Under the pieces are notes generated by a model. That model did no database searches. It had not been told where the DNA came from and saw only the letters and a program-made list of their open reading frames with translations. A DNA stretch of 64,000 nt, taken from the NCBI GenBank assembly GCA_023259135.1, contig JAHFQX010000007.1:7529-71528 (forward strand). The letters run 5' to 3'. The position numbers and the translations under genes were made by a program. This document shows, in pieces, positions 42,923-52,654 of the stretch. Position 1 is the first letter of the stretch. Every line of letters starts with the position of its first letter. The stretch is from Betaproteobacteria bacterium (GTDB lineage: Bacteria > Pseudomonadota > Gammaproteobacteria > Burkholderiales > JAHFQX01).

Positions 42923-44158
42923 TCAAACCGATTCCGCCGGTTGATCGAGTTCAAAGACCTTGTGCAGCACCCGTACCGCAAGCTCCATGTATTTCTCGTC
43001 GATAACCACGGAAATTTTTATTTCCGAAGTCGAAATCATCTGAATGTTGATTCCCTCCTCGGCCAATGCCCGGAAGGCGGTGCTGGCAATTCCCACGTGA
43101 GAACGCATGCCGACCCCCACCACCGAGACCTTGGCGATCTTATCGTCTCCCAATACCTCCCGTGCGCAGATGTGGGATTGAACCTGCTGGAGGATTTCCA
43201 TGGCCTTGTGGAAATCGCCGCGGTGAACCGTGAAGGAAAAATCGGTCAGGCCGTCCACTCCGACGTTCTGGATGATCATGTCGACATCGATGTTGGCGTC
43301 CGCCACGGGACCCAGAATCTGATAGGCGATGCCGGGACGGTCGGGAACGCCCAGCACGGTTATCTTGGCCTCGTCCTTGTTGAATGCAATACCGGAGATG
43401 ATCGCTCTTTCCATCATGGTGCCTTCCTCGAAAGTAATCAGCGTGCCTTCTCCACCTTCTTCGAAGCTGGACAATACCCTTAAGGGAACCCGATATTTTC
43501 CGGCGAATTCCACCGAGCGGATTTGCAGAACCTTCGAGCCCAGGCTGGCCATTTCCAGCATTTCCTCGAAGGTAATGGTCTTGAGGCGCCGAGCCTCCTC
43601 GACGATACGGGGGTCGGTGGTATAGACCCCATCGACGTCGGTATAAATCTGGCATTCGTCGGCTTTGAGAGCCGCCGCGATAGCCACTGCCGTGGTGTCC
43701 GACCCGCCACGTCCCAAGGTGGTGATGTTATTGGAGGCATCGGCCCCCTGAAAGCCCGCCACCACGACCACGTAACCATCTTCCAAATCGGCCCGTAAAT
43801 TGGCTTCGTCGATGTTCAGGATCCGGGCTTTAGTGTGGGCATCATCAGTCAGGATCTTGACCTGGGTGCCGGTATAGCTGCGCGCCCTGAGACCCAATTC
43901 GGTCAAAGCCATGGCTGTCAAGGCAATGGTCACTTGTTCCCCGGTGGAAACCAATACGTCCAACTCCCGGGGGTCCGGACGGGCCTGAAGTTCCCTGGCC
44001 AAACCGAGCAAGCGGTTGGTTTCCCCCGCCATGGCGGAAACCACCACCACTATTTGATGCCCGTCGGCATGAAATCGAGCCACCCGCTTAGCGACGTTTT
44101 TAATACGCTCCAGAGTGGCAACCGAGGTGCCGCCGAATTTTTGAACGATGAGTGCCAT
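42923..44158 (-). CDS. lysC: Aspartate kinase
   Basis: 411 aa. [31 protein letters not shown], two C-terminal ACT domains (ISVVGVGM...). Confidence 0.9.
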   Translation of the reverse strand: MALIVQKFGGTSVATLERIKNVAKRVARFHADGHQIVVVVSAMAGETNRLLGLARELQARPDPRELDVLVSTGEQVTIALTAMALTELGLRARSYTGTQVKILTDDAHTKARILNIDEANLRADLEDGYVVVVAGFQGADASNNITTLGRGGSDTTAVAIAAALKADECQIYTDVDGVYTTDPRIVEEARRLKTITFEEMLEMASLGSKVLQIRSVEFAGKYRVPLRVLSSFEEGGEGTLITFEEGTMMERAIISGIAFNKDEAKITVLGVPDRPGIAYQILGPVADANIDVDMIIQNVGVDGLTDFSFTVHRGDFHKAMEILQQVQSHICAREVLGDDKIAKVSVVGVGMRSHVGIASTAFRALAEEGINIQMISTSEIKISVVIDEKYMELAVRVLHKVFELDQPAESV

Positions 44159-44408
44159 GGATTAGTGCGCAAAGAAGCGCGGATTCTATCCTAACTCCGC
44201 CCACAAAAACCACTGGAAAAAGCTCAAAAACCAGGCCGATAGCTCTGCTGACCCGGTTTCCGGTAGAATTTCGCGACCCATGCAACCATTCGGCATGGCT
44301 GCTTGTCATATTTGCGCGTACTATATTCAGGGCAAGCGGTTTGTGCGTCCCCGAGACGAGAAGCCATGGTACGTTTTCTCGATAACCGAAGAGCCGGAGC
44401 TATAAACC

Positions 44409-44708
44409 ATGAAACCTTTCGATTCTATCTCCAATCCGCGGGAAATCCGCCGCAAGCTGGGCATCAATCAACAGGAATTTTGGGCGAAAGTCGGGGTGAC
44501 CCAAAGCGGCGGCTCCCGCTATGAAAACGGTCGTAACATGCCTAGGCCGGTGCGCGAGCTGGTCAGGCTGGTCCATATCGAGCACGTCGATCTAAGCAAG
44601 ATCAAGCGGGATGACTTGGAGGCAGGGCGCCGGCTTAAAGATCACAGCCCGGCGCTTTACAAAAAGCTGAAGCAAGGGCAGCAACAGCGCTCCAAAAGTT
44701 CCCGCTGA
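44409..44708 (+). CDS. Small XRE/Cro-type helix-turn-helix protein
   Basis: 99 aa. IRRKLGINQQEFWAKVGVTQSGGSRYENGRNMP is an HTH_XRE-like segment. Basic C-terminal tail. Confidence 0.6.
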   Translation: MKPFDSISNPREIRRKLGINQQEFWAKVGVTQSGGSRYENGRNMPRPVRELVRLVHIEHVDLSKIKRDDLEAGRRLKDHSPALYKKLKQGQQQRSKSSR

Positions 44709-44720
44709 AGGAGTTCGATC

Positions 44721-45593
44721 CTAAGCGGATACCCGAGCGGTCAATCCCAGCGCTGCGATTTCCCGGCCAAAGCTTTCCAGCCATTCCGCCGGCAAGGGGC
44801 TGAGCCGCGGCGCCTCGGGTTGCAAGGAGGGCCGGGCCAGCCCATAGAGCAATACCCCGCGTAGGGAAATTCCCTCCTGGAGAGCGGCGGCCAGCAAGTC
44901 CAAGTAAGCGTCCAATTCGTCCCGCGCCGGCGCTTGTCCGTCGAGGGCGAACAGGCAAGTCTGCACCCATGTCGGACACAGCGCCGCACTGGCTTTCAGG
45001 TTGTGCTTGACTCGCTCCACGGCTATCCGGCTGCCATTCACCCGATAACGCCCCTCGGCAGTGGCCCGATCTATTTTGAACCACACTTCCCCGTTGCTCC
45101 GAGCCATTCGCCGCAGCCCTTGCTGGACACGGGAATGGTGGATCAAACTGCCGTTGGTGATCAGTACCAGTTTTACTTCTTTTTGCAGACGAAAATCGGC
45201 CATGACCCGAGCGATGCGCTCGATCACCTGCTCAAATTCCCGAGCGCTGGTCGGCTCGCCATTGCCCGACAGGGCGATATCGGTCATGCGACGGGCTTCG
45301 GGAGGAGCGTGGAGCCGCAAGAAATCTCCCTCTAGCGCCTGTTCCAAAAACTCCCGCAACTCCCCTTCCAGTTTATCGAGGTCCACTGGGGGTGCCCTGC
45401 CGCGCCGCAAATCGGGCACTTGGCAATAAATGCAGCGCCAGTTGCAGGCGTTGTTGACGTTGAGGTTGACGCCGACGGACACCCCGCCGGCCCGCCGCGA
45501 CACGACCGGGTAGACATAGCTCATCCCGGCGCTATCCCGGTTATGATCGGTGGTGGTCAAAATTCGCATGCGCCCCATGGTTGGCTTATCCAT
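44721..45593 (-). CDS. Radical SAM protein of unknown function
   Basis: Track ORF 44721..45668; true start uncertain (ATGs at 45593, 45578, 45569, 45524). YVYPVVSRRAGGVSVGVNLNVNNACNWRCIYCQV carries the CxxxCxxC cluster motif, followed by the SAM-binding-like ALSGNGEPT. Confidence 0.7.
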   Translation of the reverse strand: MDKPTMGRMRILTTTDHNRDSAGMSYVYPVVSRRAGGVSVGVNLNVNNACNWRCIYCQVPDLRRGRAPPVDLDKLEGELREFLEQALEGDFLRLHAPPEARRMTDIALSGNGEPTSAREFEQVIERIARVMADFRLQKEVKLVLITNGSLIHHSRVQQGLRRMARSNGEVWFKIDRATAEGRYRVNGSRIAVERVKHNLKASAALCPTWVQTCLFALDGQAPARDELDAYLDLLAAALQEGISLRGVLLYGLARPSLQPEAPRLSPLPAEWLESFGREIAALGLTARVSA

Positions 45594-45713
45594 TCTGATG
45601 ACAGGCCGGAATCGCCGGCCCTTGTCGAATGCTATTATCCCACTCAGACGTCCGGTTTCGGGCGGCATTCATAAATATCCCCCGTTGCGGAGTATTGCTC
45701 TGTTGCCCAATTC

Positions 45714-46466
45714 ATGAGTCTTTTCCCTGGCGATTGGATCATCCCGGATTGGCCCGCTCCGAGCGCGGTTCGGGCCGCCGTCAGCGGCCGGCAAGGCGGC
45801 GTCAGCCAAGGAGCGTATGCTTCCTTGAATCTGGGGGACCACGTCGGAGACGCCCCGGAGGCCGTCGCCGAGAATCGGCAGCGGTTGCGGACGTGGCTTC
45901 CGGCGGAACCCCGCTGGCTGCGCCAAATCCATGGGGTGACGGTAGTGGATGCCGAGGTTGTCCGGCACCCCCCGGAAGCCGACGGCTCGGTCACCCGGCT
46001 GCCCGGCGTGGTCTGCGCGGTGCTGGTAGCCGATTGCCTGCCGGTGCTGCTGTGCGATGATGCCGGGTCGGTCGTGGGAGTGGCCCATGGGGGCTGGCGG
46101 GGACTGGCGGCGGGCGTCTTGGAGCAAACCCTAGACCGCATGGCGGTTGCTCCCGCCTCCCTGATGGCTTATCTGGGTCCGGCCATCGGCCCGGAACACT
46201 TTCAAGTCGGCGATGAAGTGCGCTCCGCCTTTCTGGAGGGCCATCCCGAGGCGGCTTCAGCCTTCAGTGCGCAAATCCCGGGAAAATGGCTGGGAAATCT
46301 TTACGAGCTTGCCCGGCAACGATTGATCGCCGCCGGAGTGAGGCGGATTCATGGCGGCAGCCGCTGCACCTTTGCCGAAGCCGACAAATTTTATTCCTAC
46401 CGCAGGGAAGGAGCCACCGGCCGCATGGCCGCCTTGATCTGGCTTGAATCCGCGGCTGGCGAATAA
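45714..46466 (+). CDS. pgeF: Peptidoglycan editing factor PgeF (YfiH, laccase-domain protein)
   Basis: 250 aa. LRQIHG, ADGSVT, LVADCLPVLL, VAHGGWRGL, CTF....FYSYRR. Confidence 0.85.
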   Translation: MSLFPGDWIIPDWPAPSAVRAAVSGRQGGVSQGAYASLNLGDHVGDAPEAVAENRQRLRTWLPAEPRWLRQIHGVTVVDAEVVRHPPEADGSVTRLPGVVCAVLVADCLPVLLCDDAGSVVGVAHGGWRGLAAGVLEQTLDRMAVAPASLMAYLGPAIGPEHFQVGDEVRSAFLEGHPEAASAFSAQIPGKWLGNLYELARQRLIAAGVRRIHGGSRCTFAEADKFYSYRREGATGRMAALIWLESAAGE

Positions 46467-46521
46467 CGTATAATCCGCGCCTCCGCCGCCGTGGCGGACC
46501 TCTTTTCCTCCCTATTCGCCG

Positions 46522-47310
46522 ATGCCCATTTTTGCCTGGATCATGGCCACCACCCTGCTGGGGGGGATACTCAGCGTATCGTGCGCCGCGGTGTTTGCCA
46601 TGGGAACCCGGCCTTCCCGAGTTCCCATGCTGATCAGCTACGCGGTGGGAGCCATGCTCGGAGCGGTATTCCTGGAAATCCTGCCCGAAGCCCTGGAGCG
46701 GGCGTCCAGCGTTCAGTCCATGGCCATGACCCTATTGGCCGGCATCATGCTGTTTTTCCTGCTGGAGAAATTCGTGCTCTGGCGTCATTGCCATGAACAG
46801 GACTGCGAGGCTCACGACCCCCCTGCCCACCCCCACTCGCCGTCTCCGGAAAACCATGCTTCCGCCGGAGCCATGATCCTGGTGGGGGATACTGTCCATA
46901 ATTTCGTGGATGGGATTATCGTTGCCGCCGCTTTTATGGCCGACGTGGAATTGGGAGTGGTGACGGCGCTGGCTATCATCGCCCATGAAATCCCGCAGGA
47001 AGTCGGAGATTTTCTGATCTTGCTGCATTCCGGCTACAGCCGCGGCCAGGCTCTGGCTTTCAATCTGCTTTCCAGTCTCGCCACGGTTCTCGGGGGCGGT
47101 CTGGCCTACTGGGCCTTGCAAGATGCCATGGCCTGGATTCCTAGCCTGCTGGGGCTGGCGGCGGCCTCCATGCTGTATGTGGCGGTGGCGGACTTGATCC
47201 CCGGACTGCACCGGCGCATCAATCTGGTCGCCACCCTGCAACAAAGCTCGCTCATCGCTTTGGGCATCGCCTCGATTTGGGGCATCGGTTTCTTGACGGG
47301 GCACCACTAA
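46522..47310 (+). CDS. ZIP-family divalent metal (zinc) transporter
   Basis: 262 aa, about 8 TM segments. His-rich loop HCHEQDCEAHDPPAHPHSPSPENH. ZIP signature HNFVDG and AHEIPQEVGDF. Confidence 0.8.
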   Translation: MPIFAWIMATTLLGGILSVSCAAVFAMGTRPSRVPMLISYAVGAMLGAVFLEILPEALERASSVQSMAMTLLAGIMLFFLLEKFVLWRHCHEQDCEAHDPPAHPHSPSPENHASAGAMILVGDTVHNFVDGIIVAAAFMADVELGVVTALAIIAHEIPQEVGDFLILLHSGYSRGQALAFNLLSSLATVLGGGLAYWALQDAMAWIPSLLGLAAASMLYVAVADLIPGLHRRINLVATLQQSSLIALGIASIWGIGFLTGHH

Positions 47311-47357
47311 GCTTCATTCATTTTCCGCGCCGCTATGGAAAAGGTATCCTTGCGGGG

Positions 47358-49100
47358 ATGGGATCCCCTTCCCTCATGAATTCCGCCCCCTTGCCTGACC
47401 CCGAGTTGGCCAAAGCCTGGCGGCAAGCCCAGGAGCGCTGGTTTTCCCATGGCTGGAGGGAGTTGCTGTCCAATACCCAGAATTCTGCCCTCTCCCGCGC
47501 CGGTTCCGGCTTTCTCGCGGGACTGGCCCGGCATCGAGAAAACTGGGAAGCCCTCGACCGGGATTACCGAACCCGGTGGGCGCAACTCTATGGCGATTTT
47601 CTGGAAGGCCGCCCCCTCCCGGACCCCGCCGCCGATCCCCGTTTCAAGGCTGAGCCGTGGCGAGAACTGCCCTATTTCCGCTTCCTGGCCGCGGCCTACC
47701 ATTTAACCGCCGAATGGCTGTGGGCCCTGGCGGAGTGCGCCCAGCCGCAAGGCCAAGAGCGGCAGCGGCTGTTTTTTTGGCTAGGGCAATGGATCGATGC
47801 CGCCGCCCCCGGCAATTTCCTCCCCACCAATCCGGAAGCTCTGGGGCTGGCCTTCGAGACCCAGGGAATCAGCCTGCGACGGGGCTTGGAGCAACTGGCG
47901 GAGGATTCCGCGGCCGGCCGTATTGCCCTGAGCGACCCGGCCGCCTTCCGGGTGGGGGAAAACCTCGCCGTCACTCCCGGAGCGGTGGTCTATCAAAATG
48001 ACCTGATCCAGTTGATCCAATACCGCCCCGCCACCCAATGGGTTTTCAAGCGCCCTTTGCTAATCGTGCCGCCGTTCATCAATAAATATTACATCCTCGA
48101 CCTGCAAGATCACGATTCCTTCGTGCGCTACGCCGTGGAGCAAGGCCACACGGTATTCATGATCTCCTGGCGCAATATCTCCCAAGGCCACGGGCACCAC
48201 ACCTGGGACGACTATCTTGAACACGGGGTCATGCAAGCCATCGAAGTCGCGTTGAAAATCGCCGGCACCCGCCGGCTCGACACCCTGGGGTTCTGCGTCG
48301 GCGGAACGCTGCTGGCCTGCGCCCTGGCGGTGCTGGCCGGCAAGCGGCGACAGTCCGCCGCCAGCTTGACGCTGTTGGCCTCGCTGCTGGATTTCTCCGA
48401 GCCGGGCCCCATCGGCGTCTACATAGACGAAGGCTTCGTCGCCGCCTGCGAAGCCGAATTCGGCAAAGGCGGCATCGTGCCGGGCAACCGTTTGGCCTGG
48501 GCCTTTTCCAGCCTGCGGGCCAGCGATCTGCTCTGGTCCCCGGCAATCCGCCGTTACCTCAAGGGCCAACCTTCTCCGGCTTTCGACCTCCTCCACTGGA
48601 ATGGGGATGCCGCCAACCTGTCGGGCCCGATGTACTGCTATTACCTGCGGAACCTGTATCTGGAAAACCGCCTCAGAGAGCACGGGACCCTGGCTATGAG
48701 CGGAGTCCCGCTGGATTTGCGGCAAGTCGCCTTGCCCACCTTCGTGCTGGCGGCCCGGGAAGACCATATTGTCCCGTGGACCTCGGCCTATGCCGGCGCC
48801 GCCCTGCTGGGAGGAGACAAGCAGTTCGTTCTGAGTTCCAGCGGCCATGTCGCCGGCGTCGTGAATCCTCCGGAAAACTCCAAGCGCGTTTACTGGACCG
48901 GGCAGAGTTTTTGCTTGAGTCCCCAGGCCTGGTGGGAGCAGGCCCGACAGCAGCAAGGTAGTTGGTGGCCTCATTGGAGCGGCTGGCTGAAACGGCAACA
49001 AGGTGGCAAACGCATTCCGGCCCGATGTATGCTCGGTAGCAGGCAATATCCGGAGCGGGAAATGGCGCCGGGCAGCTATGTGCTGCAGCGAGCCGAATAA
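47358..49100 (+). CDS. phaC: Class I poly(3-hydroxyalkanoate) synthase
   Basis: Track ORF 47277..49100 (overlaps the ZIP gene) trimmed to ATG 47358 (47376 also possible). PhaC N-domain, PPFINKYYILDL, lipase-box-like GFCVGGT, and a GH motif near the C-terminus. Confidence 0.85.
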   Translation: MGSPSLMNSAPLPDPELAKAWRQAQERWFSHGWRELLSNTQNSALSRAGSGFLAGLARHRENWEALDRDYRTRWAQLYGDFLEGRPLPDPAADPRFKAEPWRELPYFRFLAAAYHLTAEWLWALAECAQPQGQERQRLFFWLGQWIDAAAPGNFLPTNPEALGLAFETQGISLRRGLEQLAEDSAAGRIALSDPAAFRVGENLAVTPGAVVYQNDLIQLIQYRPATQWVFKRPLLIVPPFINKYYILDLQDHDSFVRYAVEQGHTVFMISWRNISQGHGHHTWDDYLEHGVMQAIEVALKIAGTRRLDTLGFCVGGTLLACALAVLAGKRRQSAASLTLLASLLDFSEPGPIGVYIDEGFVAACEAEFGKGGIVPGNRLAWAFSSLRASDLLWSPAIRRYLKGQPSPAFDLLHWNGDAANLSGPMYCYYLRNLYLENRLREHGTLAMSGVPLDLRQVALPTFVLAAREDHIVPWTSAYAGAALLGGDKQFVLSSSGHVAGVVNPPENSKRVYWTGQSFCLSPQAWWEQARQQQGSWWPHWSGWLKRQQGGKRIPARCMLGSRQYPEREMAPGSYVLQRAE

Positions 49101-49145
49101 CTTAAGGCCGAGAGAAAAGGTCCAAGCCATTAAGGAGGATTAACC

Positions 49146-49892
49146 ATGGAAAGAAAGCGCATTGCCCTGGTAACCGGGGGCATGGGGGGTATTGGCGAGC
49201 TGATCTGCAATCGGCTGTGGGACGCCGGTCACCGGGTCGTCGCCACCTATTCGCGGGATGACGAGCGGGCACGGAACTGGCAAGCCGGAAGACGGGTGCA
49301 TGGCTACGATATCGCCATCGCCAAGGTGGACGTGCGCGACTATGGATCCTGCGAAGCCATGGTCCGCGAGGCGACCCAAAAAGTGGGCCCGGTGGATATC
49401 CTGGTCAACAACGCCGGCATCACCCGGGACGCCACCTTCCTCAAAATGACCCGGGAAGATTGGGACGCCGTGCTGCGCACCAACCTGGACAGCATGTTCA
49501 ATGTCACCAAGCAAGTCATCGACGGCATGGTGGAACGAGGCTGGGGGCGAATCATCAACATCTCCTCGGTGAACGGCCAAAAGGGGGCATTCGGCCAGGC
49601 CAACTACTCCGCCGCCAAGGCCGGAATGCACGGCTTCACCAAAGCCTTGGCCTTGGAGGTCGCCAAGAAAGGGGTAACCGTCAACACCGTCTCCCCGGGC
49701 TATATCGGAACCGAGATGGTGCGGGCCATCCGCCCCGATATCCTGGAAAGCAAGATCCTCCCTCAAATCCCGGTGGGCCGGCTGGGCCAACCCGAGGAAG
49801 TGGCGGGACTTATCGTCTACTTGGCTTCCGAAGAAGCCGCTTTCGTGACCGGCGCCAATATCGCCATCAACGGCGGACAGCACATGTGCTGA
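49146..49892 (+). CDS. phaB: Acetoacetyl-CoA reductase
   Basis: 248 aa SDR. VTGGMGGIG, NNAGITRD, NYSAAKAG. Directly downstream of phaC. Confidence 0.85.
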   Translation: MERKRIALVTGGMGGIGELICNRLWDAGHRVVATYSRDDERARNWQAGRRVHGYDIAIAKVDVRDYGSCEAMVREATQKVGPVDILVNNAGITRDATFLKMTREDWDAVLRTNLDSMFNVTKQVIDGMVERGWGRIINISSVNGQKGAFGQANYSAAKAGMHGFTKALALEVAKKGVTVNTVSPGYIGTEMVRAIRPDILESKILPQIPVGRLGQPEEVAGLIVYLASEEAAFVTGANIAINGGQHMC

Positions 49893-49962
49893 GCTTCACA
49901 GCTATCTCGAGGACAGCTCTTGATATGGCTGCCGACCCTTCGACCTCGCTACCGAATTTAGG

Positions 49963-49989
49963 TTGAAATTTCCGCCACCGCCCCCATAT
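49963..49989 (+). promoter_or_regulatory. Sigma32 (heat-shock) promoter of clpB
   Basis: TTGAAA (49963-49968), 13-nt spacer tttccgccaccgc, CCCCATAT (49982-49989). Matches consensus CTTGAAA-N13-15-CCCCATNT. About 35 nt upstream of the clpB ATG (50024). Confidence 0.65.
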
Positions 49990-50023
49990 CCCAAAATAAT
50001 CCGCTCATTCAAAGGAAAACCCG

Positions 50024-52624
50024 ATGCGTTTCGACAAGCTCACCACCCGCTTCCAGCAAGCCTTGAGCGATGCTCAAAGCCATGCGGTCGGCCAGAGCCA
50101 TCCCGCCATTGAACCGCAACACCTGCTTTATGCCCTGCTCCAGCAGGATGACGGCGGTACCGCAGCGCTGTTAGAGCGGGCCGGAGTACGGGTTCCGGCC
50201 CTGAAGGGGGCTCTGCGGCGCAGCCTAGCCGATTTGCCGCGAGTCGAGCACCCGGGCGCCGAAATCGGCCTGTCCCGGACCTTGGCCGGACTCCTGAACC
50301 TGGCCGACCGCGAGGCGCAGCGCCGGGGAGACCGGTTCATTGCTTCCGAGTTATTTCTGCTGGCCTTGATTGATGACAAGGGGGATACCGGTCGCCTGCT
50401 GCGGGATGCCGGAGCTCGCCGCGATGCCCTGGAGCAGGCTATCGAAGCCGCCCGAGGCGGGCAAGCGGTAGAAAGCCCGGAAACCGAAAGCCAGCGGGAA
50501 GCCCTGCGACGCTATACCCTGGACCTCACGGAACGGGCCCGGGCTGGCAAGCTGGATCCGGTCATCGGACGGGACGACGAGATCCGCCGAGTAATCCAGA
50601 TCCTGCAACGGCGCACCAAAAACAACCCGGTGCTGATCGGCGAGCCCGGCGTGGGCAAAACCGCCATCGTCGAAGGACTGGCCCAGCGCATTGTCAACGG
50701 CGAAGTCCCCGAAACCCTCAAGAGCAAGCGGGTGCTGGTGCTGGATATGGCCGGCCTGCTGGCGGGGGCCAAGTACCGGGGCGAATTCGAGGAACGCCTC
50801 AAGTCCGTGCTCAAGGAAATCGCCCTGGAGGAAGGCCGGATGATCGTCTTCATCGACGAAATCCACACCATGGTCGGCGCCGGCAAGGCCGAGGGCGCCA
50901 TCGATGCCGGCAACATGCTCAAGCCCGCCTTGGCCCGGGGGGAGTTGCACTGCGTCGGCGCCACCACCCTGGACGAATACCGCAAATACATCGAGAAGGA
51001 CGCCGCCCTGGAGCGCCGCTTCCAAAAAGTGCTGGTGGACGAGCCCAGCGTGGAAAGCACCGTCGCCATCCTCAGGGGCTTACAGGAGAAATACGAGCTG
51101 CACCACGGAGTCGAGATCACCGATCCGGCCATCGTCGCCGCGGCCGAGTTGTCTCATCGCTACATCACCGATCGCTTCCTGCCGGACAAGGCCATCGACC
51201 TCATCGACGAAGCCGCCTCCCGCATCAAGATGGAGATCGACTCCAAGCCGGAAGCCATGGACAAGCTGGAACGCCGGCTGATCCAACTCAAGATCGAGCG
51301 GGAAGCCGTCAAGAAGGAAACCGACGAAGCCTCGAAAAAACGCCTGGAACTGCTAGAAGCCGAAATCCAGCGGCTGGAGCGGGAATATTCCGATCTGGAG
51401 ACCATCTGGAAAGCCGAGAAGGCCCAAGTGCAAGGCTCTCAGCACATCAAGGAAGAAATCGAGCGAATCCGGATCCAGATGGAGGAAGCTCGCCGCAAAG
51501 GCGATTGGCAGCAAATGTCGGAACTACAGTACGGCCGCCTGCCGCAACTGGAGGCGCAGCTTAAGGCAGCTTCCGAGGGTGAGGGAACACCCCGCCAATT
51601 CAAGCTGCTGCGCACTCAGGTGGGGGCCGAGGAGATCGCCGAAGTGGTTTCCCGCGCCACGGGCATTCCCGTCTCGAAAATGATGCAAGGGGAACAGGAC
51701 AAGCTGCTGAAGATGGAAGACCGCTTGCACCAGCGGGTGGTGGGGCAGGACGAAGCGGTACGGCTGGTGAGCAACGCCATCCGCCGCTCCCGCGCCGGGT
51801 TGGCGGACCCCCGGCGGCCCTACGGTTCATTCCTGTTCCTGGGTCCCACCGGGGTCGGCAAGACCGAGCTGTGCAAAGCCTTGGCCGAATTCCTGTTCGA
51901 TTCCGAGGAGCATATGGTCCGTATCGACATGTCGGAATTCATGGAAAAACATTCGGTGGCGCGCCTCATCGGCGCTCCGCCGGGCTACGTGGGCTACGAG
52001 GAAGGCGGTACCCTCACCGAGGCGGTGCGCCGCAAACCCTATTCCGTGATTCTGCTGGACGAAGTGGAAAAAGCCCATCCCGACGTATTCAACGTGCTGC
52101 TGCAAGTGCTGGACGACGGCCGGCTCACTGACGGCCAGGGCCGCACGGTGGACTTCAGGAACACGGCCATCGTGATGACCTCCAACCTCGGCTCGCAAAA
52201 CATCCAAGCCATGGCGGGGGATGACTACCAGGTCATCAAACTGGCCGTGATGGCGGAAGTAAAAAGCTATTTCCGCCCGGAATTCATCAATCGCATCGAT
52301 GAAATGGTGGTGTTTCACGCCTTGGGCCAAGAGCAGATTCGCGCCATCGCCCGAATTCAGATGAATGGGCTAAAGGCAAGGCTGGCGCGGATGGAAATCG
52401 GCTTCACCGCCACGGATGCCGCGTTGGACGAGCTGGCGACCGCCGGTTTCGACCCGGTGTACGGCGCCAGGCCGCTGAGGCGGGCCATCCAAAGCCAGTT
52501 GGAAAATCCCTTGGCCATGGCGATTCTGGAGGGACGCTTCGGTCCCAAGGATACGATCCAAGCCGACTGCCGGAATGGGGTCTTCGTGTTCGAGAAAGCC
52601 GCGGCTCAAGCCCTTCGGCCCTAG
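50024..52624 (+). CDS. clpB: Chaperone disaggregase ClpB
   Basis: 866 aa. Two AAA+ modules ([18 protein letters not shown]), long middle coiled coil, N-domain repeats. Confidence 0.95.
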   Translation: MRFDKLTTRFQQALSDAQSHAVGQSHPAIEPQHLLYALLQQDDGGTAALLERAGVRVPALKGALRRSLADLPRVEHPGAEIGLSRTLAGLLNLADREAQRRGDRFIASELFLLALIDDKGDTGRLLRDAGARRDALEQAIEAARGGQAVESPETESQREALRRYTLDLTERARAGKLDPVIGRDDEIRRVIQILQRRTKNNPVLIGEPGVGKTAIVEGLAQRIVNGEVPETLKSKRVLVLDMAGLLAGAKYRGEFEERLKSVLKEIALEEGRMIVFIDEIHTMVGAGKAEGAIDAGNMLKPALARGELHCVGATTLDEYRKYIEKDAALERRFQKVLVDEPSVESTVAILRGLQEKYELHHGVEITDPAIVAAAELSHRYITDRFLPDKAIDLIDEAASRIKMEIDSKPEAMDKLERRLIQLKIEREAVKKETDEASKKRLELLEAEIQRLEREYSDLETIWKAEKAQVQGSQHIKEEIERIRIQMEEARRKGDWQQMSELQYGRLPQLEAQLKAASEGEGTPRQFKLLRTQVGAEEIAEVVSRATGIPVSKMMQGEQDKLLKMEDRLHQRVVGQDEAVRLVSNAIRRSRAGLADPRRPYGSFLFLGPTGVGKTELCKALAEFLFDSEEHMVRIDMSEFMEKHSVARLIGAPPGYVGYEEGGTLTEAVRRKPYSVILLDEVEKAHPDVFNVLLQVLDDGRLTDGQGRTVDFRNTAIVMTSNLGSQNIQAMAGDDYQVIKLAVMAEVKSYFRPEFINRIDEMVVFHALGQEQIRAIARIQMNGLKARLARMEIGFTATDAALDELATAGFDPVYGARPLRRAIQSQLENPLAMAILEGRFGPKDTIQADCRNGVFVFEKAAAQALRP

Positions 52625-52654
52625 CCACCTGGACGGCAGCGATGCGCCCGTTGC

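Noticed and set aside
44159-44408. Lysine riboswitch or leader upstream of lysC
   Set aside because: A TAGAAT -10-like box lies only about 25 nt before the lysC ATG. I could not recognise L-box conserved segments in the 250-nt region. This cannot be excluded without a covariance-model search (Rfam Lysine).
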